Shown: positions 47,498 through 58,336 of the stretch, piece after piece
How positions within the stretch are numbered: position 1 is the stretch's first letter
Layout: every line of letters begins with the position of its first letter
NCBI GenBank assembly: GCA_037441705.1
Contig: JBBIRR010000003.1
Coordinates: 50,397-114,396, forward strand
DNA from: Ignavibacteriales bacterium
GTDB taxonomy: Bacteria > Bacteroidota > Ignavibacteria > UBA10030 > UBA6906
DNA length: 64,000 nucleotides
Reading direction: 5' to 3'
Notes under the pieces: generated by a model
Databases searched by the model: none
What the model was told of the DNA's origin: nothing
The model's input: only the letters and a program-made list of their open reading frames with translations
Position numbers and translations under genes: made by a program

Positions 47498-48469
47498 TTA
47501 CTTGCCCAACATCTTCTTCAACTCCGAGGTTAACTCAGGAAGAATCTCGAACACATCGCCGGCGATGCCGTAGTCTGCCACCTGAAAAATGGGTGCGTCC
47601 TTATCCTTGTTAATTGCGACGATGCACTTGGAGGAGGACATTCCCGCGAGGTGCTGCACCGCCCCCGAGATGCCACAGGCAACGTACAGCGTCGGCGACA
47701 CGGTCTTGCCAGTTTGTCCCACCTGCTCGTCATGTGGACGCCACCCGGCATCGACAACTGCGCGGGATGCACCGATAGCCGCGCCGAGAACATCGGCAAG
47801 GGCCTCGATCAAATGCCAGTTTTCCGGTCCCTTCATTCCTCGTCCGCCTGAGACAATGATGTTTGCCTCGGTAACATCCGGCCTGCCGACTGCGACCTTG
47901 ACGTCACGAACTTTCGTGACGAAATGCTCGGGCTGCAGCGCAACGGTTGCCTTCTCGACCGTGCACGTTCCTTGTGTCGCGGTGGCGGTAAAGACGTTCG
48001 GCCGCAGCGTGAACATCTTAACCGGCGTCGTGACTTTTACGTCGAGCAAGGCTTTGCCTGCATACACCGGCCGTGTCGCGATGATTTCGCCGTCCTTCAC
48101 ATTCAGCGCCGTGCAATCGGAGGCGAGACCAGCTTCCAGTTTCACAGCAATGCGGGGCGCAAGATCCTTTCCCATCTGGCTCGCAGGAAGAAACAGGAGC
48201 GTCGCGCCTTCGGTTCTGGTGATCTCGGCGATGACATGCGCATAGGCGGCGTTGGCATGCTGCGCAAGCTGCGGGTCATCCACTACGATCACGCGAGCAG
48301 CGCCGTACGCCCCCAATTCCTTCGCCATCTCCGCAATGCCGCTGCCGATGACGAGGGCGGCGAACTCTGCCCCCAGCGCATCAGCAATCTTACGCGCTGC
48401 CTGGACTGTCTCGAACGATGATTTCCTGAACCTGTTGTCTCGTTGTTCTGCAAATGCTAAGACTTTCAT
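47498..48469 (-). CDS. etfA: Electron transfer flavoprotein alpha subunit
   Basis: RPVYAG, VSGGRG, GASRAVVD, QVGQTGK, GISGAVQH; start at ATG 48469. Confidence 0.96.
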   Translation of the reverse strand: MKVLAFAEQRDNRFRKSSFETVQAARKIADALGAEFAALVIGSGIAEMAKELGAYGAARVIVVDDPQLAQHANAAYAHVIAEITRTEGATLLFLPASQMGKDLAPRIAVKLEAGLASDCTALNVKDGEIIATRPVYAGKALLDVKVTTPVKMFTLRPNVFTATATQGTCTVEKATVALQPEHFVTKVRDVKVAVGRPDVTEANIIVSGGRGMKGPENWHLIEALADVLGAAIGASRAVVDAGWRPHDEQVGQTGKTVSPTLYVACGISGAVQHLAGMSSSKCIVAINKDKDAPIFQVADYGIAGDVFEILPELTSELKKMLGK

Positions 48470-48494
48470 TCCGATTCCATGTGCTGGGTGGTGA

Positions 48495-49241
48495 TTAGAT
48501 GACTTTCGCTTCTTCGTGGAGCAGGCGGACCAACTCGGGTACGGCGGTTTTGTCCGAGCCGAGGATTTTGCCTGCGGCTTTTGCCGGCGGGGTGCGCATT
48601 TCGACGGGGACGACACGCATCTCGGCCGGCGCGGCCGGTTTCTCGACAATCGGTTTCGTCTTCGCGGCCATGATGCCCTTCAGCGAAGGATAGCGCGGTT
48701 CGTTCAAGCCCCGCTGCGCCTGGATAACACACGGCAGCTTGCTCTCGACGGTTTCGTGTCCCCCTTCGATCTCACGTTCGCACACCACCGTGCCGTTGTC
48801 GATCGAAAGCTTTACGACGACGGAGACGGATGCCATGCCGAGCATTTCGGCGAGCATCGTGCCCACTTGCGCATCGTCGTAGTCGATCGACTGCTTGCCG
48901 ACGAGAACAATGTCGGGCGAAAGTGATTTGATCTCTTCAGCAAGCGCCTTTGCAACGGCGTAGGAGTCGCGCACGCCGTCGTCCTTCAACAGGATGGCTT
49001 TCTCCACACCCATGGCCAGCGCCTTGCGCAGCGTTTCTTTGTGCGCATCGCTGCCGAGACTGATGACCGTCATCTCGCCGCCGAATTTTTCTTTGAGGCG
49101 AAGCCCCTCCTCGACGGCGAATTCATCGTAGGGGTTGAGCATGAAGTTTACGCCGGTCCTGTCGATACTCTTTCGGTCGGGACCGATTTTGACTTTTGTT
49201 TCGGTATCGGGAACGTGATTGACACACACGACAATCTTCAT
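48495..49241 (-). CDS. etfB: Electron transfer flavoprotein beta subunit
   Basis: VPDTE, NPYDEFAVEE, ALAMG, GKQSID, NEPRYPSL. Confidence 0.96.
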   Translation of the reverse strand: MKIVVCVNHVPDTETKVKIGPDRKSIDRTGVNFMLNPYDEFAVEEGLRLKEKFGGEMTVISLGSDAHKETLRKALAMGVEKAILLKDDGVRDSYAVAKALAEEIKSLSPDIVLVGKQSIDYDDAQVGTMLAEMLGMASVSVVVKLSIDNGTVVCEREIEGGHETVESKLPCVIQAQRGLNEPRYPSLKGIMAAKTKPIVEKPAAPAEMRVVPVEMRTPPAKAAGKILGSDKTAVPELVRLLHEEAKVI

Positions 49242-49304
49242 CAAACCTCCGAAGCGTTCAATTTGGAATTAGAGATCGGGAGCGGGGAAGAACAAATGCG
49301 CATC

Positions 49305-49362
49305 AATATACTCAAAGCACCTCAGAAAGACAATTGACTCTCCGGCGATTTTTCCGTAAGTT
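49305..49362. promoter_or_regulatory. Back-to-back divergent promoters for etfBA and rpsT
   Basis: Minus: TTGTCT-17-TATATT (49333-49305); plus: TTGACT-17-TAAGTT (49334-49362). Confidence 0.55.
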
Positions 49363-49406
49363 GGTGCAGAAAATTTTTCCCACAAGAGTCACAGGACAGG
49401 AGGATC

Positions 49407-49661
49407 ATGGCAAACCATCCATCAGCGGCAAAGCGGGCACGGGCAGCGAAGCGGCGAGCCGCGCGCAACGCGGCGTGGAAGTCGCGCATGCGCACAGCAA
49501 TGAAGAAAGTCCGCCTTGCAAAGGATAAGGCGCAAGCGGAACAGGAACTTCGCAAGACGGTCAAATTGCTGGATCAACTCGCCGCACGAGGCGTGATTCA
49601 CCGGAACAACGCGGCGAATCACAAATCCAAGCTCACCCGCCTGGTCAACGCCATGCAGTAA
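49407..49661 (+). CDS. rpsT: 30S ribosomal protein S20
   Basis: MANHPSAAKRAR...N...KSRMRTAMKK...GVIHRNNAANHKSKL. Confidence 0.96.
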   Translation: MANHPSAAKRARAAKRRAARNAAWKSRMRTAMKKVRLAKDKAQAEQELRKTVKLLDQLAARGVIHRNNAANHKSKLTRLVNAMQ

Positions 49662-49685
49662 GCGCGTATCTTTCGATGAACGCAC

Positions 49686-49713
49686 AAGCCCCGTACATCA
49701 CGGGGCTTTTTTG
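49686..49713 (+). terminator. Rho-independent terminator after rpsT
   Basis: AAGCCCCGT-ACATC-ACGGGGCTT followed by T-run; overlaps stop of convergent gene. Confidence 0.8.
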
Positions 49714-50348
49714 TTGGCCTGCTCGGCTGCGAGCTGTTCAAGCTCGCGAATGCGCGCCGCGTACCTTCCCGGTTCGTTTGCTTCAAGCTCGCGGTAAATC
49801 CTCAACGCCTCTTCGTACAACTGCTGGCCCGCGAAGATCTCCGCCGTGGTGGGCGTGACGATGGCCTGATTGCGATCAGCGGGCGGAGGTGCCGCCTCTG
49901 CGCTGCCGACCGCCGGGGGATGTTTCTCGCGACGACGCCGTTCCAACTCCCTCATGAGATGTTCGATCGTCGGGTCGCTGCGAGTCGGGGGTTCCTCGGC
50001 ACGCTGTGCAGCGGGCGGCGGCGTGGGTGGTTTCTGCAATTGCCTCTCCTGTTCAGCAACGACCCGCTGGACCTCGCCTCGGTCCTTTTGCTCTGCGCGC
50101 TGGACGAGCGCAATCACCGTCGGATTGTCCGGCATGGTGTTGAGCGCTTTGCGGTACTCGGCAAGCGCGTCGTGAGTGCGCCCAAAGGCTTCATAGCACC
50201 TCCCCAGCATGACATGCCCCATGGCATACTCGGGATACGCACTCGTCCCGGCGGTGCACAGTTCTATTGCCCGATGCATATCCCCTTCACGCAGACACTC
50301 GGCGGCTTCGCGCGCGAAGGTTGCCGATATCGTGTTGCGGGTTGCCAC
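49698..50348 (-). CDS. Tetratricopeptide repeat protein
   Basis: TPR-like helices (YPEYAMGHVMLGRCY..., IVTPTTAEIFAGQQLYEEAL), Pro-rich linker. Confidence 0.8.
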   Translation of the reverse strand: MATRNTISATFAREAAECLREGDMHRAIELCTAGTSAYPEYAMGHVMLGRCYEAFGRTHDALAEYRKALNTMPDNPTVIALVQRAEQKDRGEVQRVVAEQERQLQKPPTPPPAAQRAEEPPTRSDPTIEHLMRELERRRREKHPPAVGSAEAAPPPADRNQAIVTPTTAEIFAGQQLYEEALRIYRELEANEPGRYAARIRELEQLAAEQANKKAP

Positions 50349-50353
50349 GCTCT

Positions 50354-51823
50354 TTAACCTCGCCTGAGTTCGCGTCCAACAAATGCATGCTTCACGGACA
50401 AGACCGATGTGAACGAAAAGCCGAGCAAGAACAACAACTGAAACGGAACCGCCGCCAGCTCGAGAAAGTAAATGGATGAGCCGACGCCGAACAAGCAGTA
50501 GAGCGCAAGCAGTCCTTCGATCACCACGGTGGAGCTGATCTTCACCGGCACGTATTTCTTATCCGTCCACGAATCATTCTTGCTCCGGATGGCGTACTTG
50601 GGCGTTCTGATGAATTCGCTTTTCTTCTTCAGAATGCCTTCGATCACCGCGCGCGTGTTGTTCACCGCAAAGCCCATGCTTCCCGCCATGAACACCGGGA
50701 AGAGAAACACCCGTCTCTGCCAATCCGGATACACTTCTTTCTGCGAGAAGAGATAGAACAGGAACGAGCCGATAAAAGCAAAGACGAAGACAGACATGAA
50801 GGCAAAATACTCGTTGTGCATGCCTGCATGCTTGACGAAGACCAGCGGTACGTTCAAGATTCCTGCCAGCACGATAAAAGGAAACACGAGATTGTTGGTG
50901 AGATGAAACGTTGCGTGGACTTTGATCTTCAGGGGAAGCTTGGATTTCCACACTTCAGGCAGAATCTTCCGCGCGGTTTCGATCGCGCCCTTCGTCCAGC
51001 GGAACTGCTGGGACTTGAGGGCGTTGATTTCGGAAGGAAGCTCGGCCGGCGACGTGACATCGTTCAGGTAAATGAAGCGCCAGCCGCGCAGCTGTGCACG
51101 ATAGCTGAGATCGAGGTCCTCCGTCAAGGTATCGGCCTGCCAGTTGCCGGCGTCGAGAATGGCAGACTTCCGCCAGACACCTGCCGTACCGTTGAAGTTG
51201 ATAAAATATCCGACCTTGTTCCGCACCGATTGCTCGATCACGAAATGTCCATCCAGCGCCATTGCCTGCGTGCGCGTCAGAAGCGAGTAATCGGAGTTGA
51301 GATGTTCCCAACGCGTCTGCACCATGCCAACGCGCGGGTCGGACAGGAAATGGGGTATCGTCTTGAGCAGGAAGTCCTGCTTGGGCACAAAGTCCGCGTC
51401 GAAGATAGCAATGAATTCTCCGCGCGCAACCTCCAGCCCTTCGCGGAGGGCGCCCGCTTTGAAGCCCTGTCGGTTCGTCCGATGGAGATGATGAATCGCA
51501 AACCCCAGTTTCTGGTACTTCTCCACGAGCGCCGCGATGACGTCCACCGTTTCGTCCGTCGAGTCGTCCAGCACTTGAATCTCCAACTTCTCTTTGGGGT
51601 AAATCATGGCGCACGAAGCCTCAATGAGTCGGCCCACGACGTAGCGTTCGTTATAGACCGGCAGCTGCACCGTAACGGTGGGATAGTCGCCCACGAGCTG
51701 CACTGCCGGATGCTTCTTGTCCTTGTACTTCAGATAGTAATAGATCATGATGAATCCCTGCAATCCGAAGACGAATAAGATCGTGAGCGAAAGGATGTAC
51801 GCAATCAGAAACAATTCAGCCAT
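50354..51823 (-). CDS. Processive GT2 (cellulose-synthase-like) membrane glycosyltransferase
   Basis: QLPVYNE, LDDSTD, FKAGAL, FDADF, TEDLDL, QQFRW motifs; TM helices. Confidence 0.92.
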   Translation of the reverse strand: MAELFLIAYILSLTILFVFGLQGFIMIYYYLKYKDKKHPAVQLVGDYPTVTVQLPVYNERYVVGRLIEASCAMIYPKEKLEIQVLDDSTDETVDVIAALVEKYQKLGFAIHHLHRTNRQGFKAGALREGLEVARGEFIAIFDADFVPKQDFLLKTIPHFLSDPRVGMVQTRWEHLNSDYSLLTRTQAMALDGHFVIEQSVRNKVGYFINFNGTAGVWRKSAILDAGNWQADTLTEDLDLSYRAQLRGWRFIYLNDVTSPAELPSEINALKSQQFRWTKGAIETARKILPEVWKSKLPLKIKVHATFHLTNNLVFPFIVLAGILNVPLVFVKHAGMHNEYFAFMSVFVFAFIGSFLFYLFSQKEVYPDWQRRVFLFPVFMAGSMGFAVNNTRAVIEGILKKKSEFIRTPKYAIRSKNDSWTDKKYVPVKISSTVVIEGLLALYCLFGVGSSIYFLELAAVPFQLLFLLGFSFTSVLSVKHAFVGRELRRG

Positions 51824-51879
51824 GGTACAATACTGTGCACCTCATAATGTGATTGATGATGGTGGCATATGATTCGGGT

Positions 51880-52373
51880 CTACCAGCCCGAAACCGTTTC
51901 GAGCAGAATGTCTTCCGAGATTTTGCGGATGGCCTCGTCGAAGGCAGCTTGCCGCTGTGCAAATCCGCCGGAAGGATCATAATCGCCGTAGTTCGAAAAT
52001 GTCTTCTCGTACACTTTCTTGCGCAGCTTCATATCCTGATACACAACTTTAACCGAGAGCGTCACGCGCCTGCGACTGACGGTTTCGCCGCCGCCGACGG
52101 CAACAATCTCGTCGCGCAGCGGCAGAATCGTTCCTTCGAGAATCGAGTCGGCGGTGTTTCGATCCGCCACCTCCAGGCTGTTATCGCGAATGAACAGGTC
52201 GGTCAAGACGCGCGTCATGTTCTCGCGCAGGCTTGCCTCGCCCGAACCGGACTGATCATCCATCACCGGGATGGCGATAGTCTTCAGATGCGACGGAACC
52301 GACGCACCCGTGAACGAATAGCATCCGTACGCGGCCGCGATCAGGACGAAGGCAATCAGCACACGTGCAGCGT

Positions 52374-52377
<4 letters not shown>
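51880..52377 (-). CDS. lptE: LptE-family LPS assembly lipoprotein
   Basis: Lipobox AYGC, YSFTGAS, KTIAIP, ADSILEGTI, C-terminal W; context next to sigma54 activator and miaB. Confidence 0.78.
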
Positions 52378-53525
<1,148 letters not shown>

Positions 53526-54311
53526 TTAGCGCTTCACAATCAGGTATTCGATACTGTACGAACGCTTCAACTCTTCCCCCGTCCTGCGTGCCGCGTCCTC
53601 GGTTGCAAAGTTGCCGACGTACACCACGAACAGCTCCCGCGTCCCGCTCATTTTGGTTACCACCTCTGCAGGGTGATTGTGGTAATCGAAGAACGACTTC
53701 TGCCTGTTGGCGTTTGCGGCCGTGGAGTAGGCGCCAACCTGAAGCGTGTACCTCTGCAGCGGCGATGCAGGCTCCACTTCTGCCGGCCGGGGAATCGGTG
53801 CCGGCGTGACAGGAGCGGGCAGCTGCTCGATGGGCGGTGCCTGTTCCGCCGGCAGTGTTGGTTCCCGGGTCTCCTTTGTCTCAGGCTCGCTGGATTTTTC
53901 CTCCGCAACGGGTTCTGAAGAAGCTCGTCCGGAGATGTACTTCGAGTTCGGATAGTTCGTGCGAAGCTGATCGAGCTTCAGCTCCGCCGTACGATACAAT
54001 CCGATCGCGTAGTAAAACTTGTAGACCTTGTACAGTGCGTCGTCCGCCCACACGCTGTTGGGATAGGTGTCGACGATCTTCTGGTACTGACGGACGGCCT
54101 CGGCGCCATCGGTTGTCAGAAGCGCCTGCAGGTACAGCACACCGGGATCGTTCGGGTACTTCTGTAGCAATTCGGGCAGCTGCTCTCGCACGGCATCCTG
54201 CTGCCCGCTCTCGACCATCGCAACGTACTGTTCGATCGTCGGCTGTTGGGCAAACGCGACCGACAGCGTCACCATCCCCCCCACGATCACCGACACAAGA
54301 AGGTGCTTCAC
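53526..54311 (-). CDS. Secreted TPR-like + SPOR domain protein
   Basis: Signal peptide from GTG 54311, YPNS repeats, Pro-rich linker, YTLQVGAYS SPOR motif. Confidence 0.85.
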   Translation of the reverse strand: MKHLLVSVIVGGMVTLSVAFAQQPTIEQYVAMVESGQQDAVREQLPELLQKYPNDPGVLYLQALLTTDGAEAVRQYQKIVDTYPNSVWADDALYKVYKFYYAIGLYRTAELKLDQLRTNYPNSKYISGRASSEPVAEEKSSEPETKETREPTLPAEQAPPIEQLPAPVTPAPIPRPAEVEPASPLQRYTLQVGAYSTAANANRQKSFFDYHNHPAEVVTKMSGTRELFVVYVGNFATEDAARRTGEELKRSYSIEYLIVKR

Positions 54312-55654
54312 GCGACGGCCTCCATGCTCGACTGAGCGTTCCATCCGCCCGCCGTCTCCACACGGCTGCCAAACAGCGTTGCCGAGTTGCACCGTTGAAT
54401 CAGGATGTCCACATACTCGCCCGGCACTTCGTTCGTTCGGGGAAACACGACTGTCTTATTTGTGTCCGTTCTGCCCATCCATTCCTCATCGGATTTCTTG
54501 CTGCGGCCTTCGACAAGAATGCGCTCGACGGTGCCAACCAGGTTCCGGTTCAGCTCGAGCGTAATGCGTCGCTGCAGTTCGGAGATTTCGAACACGCGTT
54601 CGCCCTTCACGTCTTCGGGAACATCATCCGTCATCTCCCACGCCTTGGTATTTTCCCGCGGCGAATACTTGAACGTAAACGCGCCGTCATAGCGTACCTG
54701 CCGCATCAGCTCCACCGTCATCCGGTGATCCTCTTCTGTTTCGGTCGGGAAGCCGCTGATGATGTCGGTGGTCAGACTGACGCCGGGCATGGCCGCCCGG
54801 ATGCGTTCCACCAGCCGGAGATAATGATCTACAGTGTAGCTGCGGTTCATAAGCTTCAGGATGCGGTCCGAACCCGACTGAACAGGAAGATGGATGTACT
54901 TGCAGATGTTCTCATTCGTTGCGATGGTTTCGATAAGCCTGTCGCTCATATCCTGCGGATGCGACGTGGTGAAGCGGACCCGCATGGAGCGGTCAACGGC
55001 GGCGACGTGCCGCATCAGGTCGGCGAAATCGTACTCGCCATCGCGATACGAATTGACGTTCTGCCCTAAGAGGGTCACCTCTTTGAAGCCGCGGGCGGCA
55101 AGGTCACGCACTTCGTTCACCACACTTTCGAGCGAGCGGCTTCGTTCGCGCCCTCGCGTGAACGGCACAACGCAGAACGTGCAGAACTTATCGCACCCGC
55201 GCATCACCGAAAGCCACGCGCTCACGCCCTCGGTGCGCAGCGGGACAATATCCTCGTAGTTCTCGACACGCGACAGCCGCGTGGCAATTCCTTTCTCGCC
55301 GGCAAACGCGTCCTCGATCAGCAGCGGAAGCTTGCGGTACTCATCCGGCCCGACGACAAGATCCACCACCTGCTCTTCCTCGACCAGCTTCGTGCGCAAG
55401 CGCTCTGCCATGCAGCCCAGGAGGCCGACGACAGCCGAGGACTTCTGCTTCTTGTACGCCCCGAAGAGCCCGAGGCGGCCATAGATTCTCTGCTCGGCAT
55501 TATCCCGAATGGCACAGGTGTTCACCAGGATTACGTCGGCTTCGGACAGTTCCTGCGTGAAGGCGTAGCCCTCCTTGCTCAGAATGCCGGCAACGACCTC
55601 CGAATCGGCCACGTTCATCTGGCAGCCGTAGGTTTCGATGTAGACGCGCTTCAT
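54308..55654 (-). CDS. miaB: tRNA-2-methylthio-N6-dimethylallyladenosine synthase
   Basis: TYGCQMN, radical SAM CDKFCTFC, LLGQNVNSY, TTSHP, TRAM domain. Confidence 0.97.
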   Translation of the reverse strand: MKRVYIETYGCQMNVADSEVVAGILSKEGYAFTQELSEADVILVNTCAIRDNAEQRIYGRLGLFGAYKKQKSSAVVGLLGCMAERLRTKLVEEEQVVDLVVGPDEYRKLPLLIEDAFAGEKGIATRLSRVENYEDIVPLRTEGVSAWLSVMRGCDKFCTFCVVPFTRGRERSRSLESVVNEVRDLAARGFKEVTLLGQNVNSYRDGEYDFADLMRHVAAVDRSMRVRFTTSHPQDMSDRLIETIATNENICKYIHLPVQSGSDRILKLMNRSYTVDHYLRLVERIRAAMPGVSLTTDIISGFPTETEEDHRMTVELMRQVRYDGAFTFKYSPRENTKAWEMTDDVPEDVKGERVFEISELQRRITLELNRNLVGTVERILVEGRSKKSDEEWMGRTDTNKTVVFPRTNEVPGEYVDILIQRCNSATLFGSRVETAGGWNAQSSMEAVA

Positions 55655-55696
55655 TTAGGAAAAACTGACACAACTGAACGGGAAATGAGGCAATAA

Positions 55697-55725
55697 AATC
55701 TACCCATTGGACAATAGATAAGCAA
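55697..55725 (-). promoter_or_regulatory. Candidate miaB operon promoter
   Basis: TTGCTT-17-TAGATT on minus strand. Confidence 0.5.
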
Positions 55726-55793
55726 ACTTGGCAGGTTAACGTGGAGTTAAATGATTTTAACTGAGGTGGGGAAACCGGGCTCAAAGAAAAGCT

Positions 55794-56150
55794 TGGATAA
55801 GAGGCCGCTCCGCTGGAGCTGCAATTGTCTTTGCTGGATTCTTTTCCTACAAGCAAGGCGCCCCTTGGGGTGTGCCGACTTGTGCCAGCAAACAGCACCA
55901 CAGGTGCGAACTGCTTGCAATGATGTTCTGAGGATGGTTGTCTCAAGCTCCGTTAAGAGCGGCGTCTTGTCTTGAGGTGTGGATAACAGGCCGCTCCGCT
56001 GGAGCTGCAATGGTTTTGCTGGATTCTTTTCTACAAACACGCCGGCGCCTTCAGGCTGTACCGACTTGTACCAGCAAACAGCACCGCAGGTGCGAACTGC
56101 TCGTGGTGAAGTTCTGAGGATATTTCTTTCAAGAATCGTTAGGAGTGGAC
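55794..56150. repeat. Tandem pair of ~186-nt REPIN-like units
   Basis: Units start TGGATAA(G/C)AGGCCGCTCCGCTGGAGCTGCAAT at 55794 and 55980 and share CCAGCAAACAGCACC(A/G)CAGGTGCGAACTGCT. Confidence 0.88.
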
Positions 56151-56173
56151 GAACGCGAAGAGCTGCAGAACGT

Positions 56174-56205
56174 TGATTGATTTTCAATCACCCTTCGGGT
56201 ATATT
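56174..56205 (+). promoter_or_regulatory. Candidate aguBA promoter with overlapping palindrome
   Basis: TTGATT-17-TATATT (56177-56205); TGATTGA-TTT-TCAATCA (56174-56190). Confidence 0.55.
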
Positions 56206-56235
56206 CACGAAGCAGTTTTGTCACAATCGCATGTC

Positions 56236-57141
56236 ATGGCCGATCTTCCCAACAAATTTACCGTGGGTCTTGTCCAGCTCAAGCTGGAGGTGAATCCGGA
56301 CGCAAACCTGAAGCACGGTGCGGCGAAAGTCGAGGAGGCTGCACGACGGGGGGCACAGGTGGTGTGCCTGCCGGAGCTGTTTCGCTCTCAGTACTTCTGC
56401 CAGAAAGAAGACGCCTCGTTGTTCGATCTTGCCGAGCCGATCCCGGGTCCGACCACCGAAGCGCTCTCGGCCGTTGCACGCAAACACCGCGTCGTAGTCA
56501 TCGCTCCCATCTTCGAAAAGCGCGCTCCTGGTCTGTACCACAACAGCGTGGCGGTGATTGATGCGGACGGTTCGCTGCTCGGCATCTACCGCAAGATGCA
56601 CATTCCGGACGATCCCGCGTTCTATGAAAAATTCTACTTCACGCCCGGCGACCTCGGCTTCAAAACGTTCAGGACGCAGCACGGCAGGGTCGGCACACTC
56701 ATTTGCTGGGATCAATGGTATCCCGAGGGCGCCCGCCTCACGGCGCTGAAAGGAGCGAGCATTCTTTTCTACCCTACGGCCATCGGGTGGCATCCACATG
56801 AGAAAGCACAGTACGGCAAGCAGCAGCGCGACGCGTGGATCACGGTGCAGCGTGGACACGCGATCGCCAACGGTGTGTATGTTGCGGCAGTCAATCGCGC
56901 AGGCCACGAGAAGGTTGGGGACGGGAGTGCGGGACTGGAATTCTGGGGGTCGTCGTTTCTTGCCGACCCGCAGGGGGTTATTCTTGCCGAGGCCTCGATC
57001 GATGCGGAAGAGATTCTGGTAGGCGAAGTGGATCTGGGCCGCATCGAGGATGTGCGACGCAACTGGCCCTTCCTGCGCGATCGGCGCATTGATGCCTATC
57101 AGGGCATTGACCGCCGCTTTCTGGAAGAGGATAAATGGTAG
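56236..57141 (+). CDS. aguB: N-carbamoylputrescine amidase (carbon-nitrogen hydrolase)
   Basis: Triad motifs LPELF, YRKMHIPDDP, ICWDQWYPE; YPTAIG; adjacent to agmatine deiminase. Confidence 0.88.
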   Translation: MADLPNKFTVGLVQLKLEVNPDANLKHGAAKVEEAARRGAQVVCLPELFRSQYFCQKEDASLFDLAEPIPGPTTEALSAVARKHRVVVIAPIFEKRAPGLYHNSVAVIDADGSLLGIYRKMHIPDDPAFYEKFYFTPGDLGFKTFRTQHGRVGTLICWDQWYPEGARLTALKGASILFYPTAIGWHPHEKAQYGKQQRDAWITVQRGHAIANGVYVAAVNRAGHEKVGDGSAGLEFWGSSFLADPQGVILAEASIDAEEILVGEVDLGRIEDVRRNWPFLRDRRIDAYQGIDRRFLEEDKW

Positions 57142-58235
57142 AAGAAACACCTGCTGCGTTGGGCTTTCGGATGCCGGCCGAGTGGGAGCCGCACGAAGCA
57201 ACATGGATCGGGTGGCCGCACAACCGGGACGACTGGCCCGGAAAGTTCAGCCTGATTCCGTGGGTGTTTGGGGAAATCGTCCGCAAGCTTACTGCAGGCG
57301 AGATCGTCCGCATCATTGTCAAGTCGCAAAAGCATGAAGCGAGCGCGCGCCGCCTCCTCAAGCGCGTGCACGCCGACCTTTCGCAGGTGGAGTTCTTTCG
57401 TCTCCCGACCGACCGCGGATGGACGCGTGATTTCGGGCCGATGTTCATCACGCGAACGGAGCCGGAACCGGAACTGGCGGTCGTCAATTTCCGATTCAAC
57501 GCGTGGGCGAAGTATCGAAACTGGAAGCGCGATGCGCAGATTCATCGCCGGGCGGCGAAGGCGCTCGGCCTGCGCGTTTTCGATCCGCAGTGGAACGGCA
57601 AACCGATCGTGCTTGAAGGCGGCGCAATCGATACGAACGGCCGCGGGACAATCATCACCACCGAGGAATGCCTGCTCGACCAACACACGCAGGTGCGGAA
57701 TCCCGGCATGGGCAAACGCGACGTTGAGCGTGTGCTTGAGGAGTATTTAGGCGCGAAGAATGTCATCTGGCTCGGCAAAGGAATCGTGGGAGACGATACG
57801 CACGGCCACGTGGACGATCTCTGCCGCTTCGTCAATCCTACCACCGTTGTCTTGTGCGTCGAAGACAATCCCTCGGATGCCAACTACGCCGTGCTGATGG
57901 AGAACCGCGAGCGCCTGCAAGGCGCAAAGTTGGAAGACGGGTCGGGACTCAACGTGATTCCGCTGCCGATGCCCTCGGCACTCTACTTCGACAACGTTCG
58001 TCTGCCCGCAAGCTACGCCAACTTCTACATCTCCAACGCGGCCGTCCTTGTGCCCACCTTCAACGATCCGAGCGACCGTGCAGCGCTCGGCATCCTTTCC
58101 GACCTCATCACCGATCGACCCGTCATCGGCATTCACGCCGTTGATCTTGTGTGGGGCTTCGGCACGCTGCACTGCCTCACGCAGCAGCAGCCGGCGCTGT
58201 CACGTCCTTTGCAAGACGTTTCACCAACGGAATGA
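57135..58235 (+). CDS. aguA: Agmatine deiminase family protein
   Basis: MPAEWEPH, WTRDFGP, LEGG, DDTHGHVD, ASYANF, GTLHCLTQQ. Confidence 0.9.
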   Translation: MVEETPAALGFRMPAEWEPHEATWIGWPHNRDDWPGKFSLIPWVFGEIVRKLTAGEIVRIIVKSQKHEASARRLLKRVHADLSQVEFFRLPTDRGWTRDFGPMFITRTEPEPELAVVNFRFNAWAKYRNWKRDAQIHRRAAKALGLRVFDPQWNGKPIVLEGGAIDTNGRGTIITTEECLLDQHTQVRNPGMGKRDVERVLEEYLGAKNVIWLGKGIVGDDTHGHVDDLCRFVNPTTVVLCVEDNPSDANYAVLMENRERLQGAKLEDGSGLNVIPLPMPSALYFDNVRLPASYANFYISNAAVLVPTFNDPSDRAALGILSDLITDRPVIGIHAVDLVWGFGTLHCLTQQQPALSRPLQDVSPTE

Positions 58236-58280
58236 GGTCGGGGACGCAGCTTCGCCTGCCCTTGAGCCCGGATTCCCAAA

Positions 58281-58309
58281 TTGATTTTCCCTCACGTTTT
58301 GGTTAAGAT
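58281..58309 (+). promoter_or_regulatory. Candidate promoter of M48-plsC-gatC-kdsB-pyrG run
   Basis: TTGATT-17-TAAGAT. Confidence 0.55.
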
Positions 58310-58336
58310 AGCTCAGCGCGAGTTCATCTCTTGAGT

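Noticed and set aside
55978-55986. Perfect DnaA box TGTGGATAA far from oriC
   Set aside because: Single box at the edge of a repeat unit; the sister unit has CTTGGATAA, so likely chance
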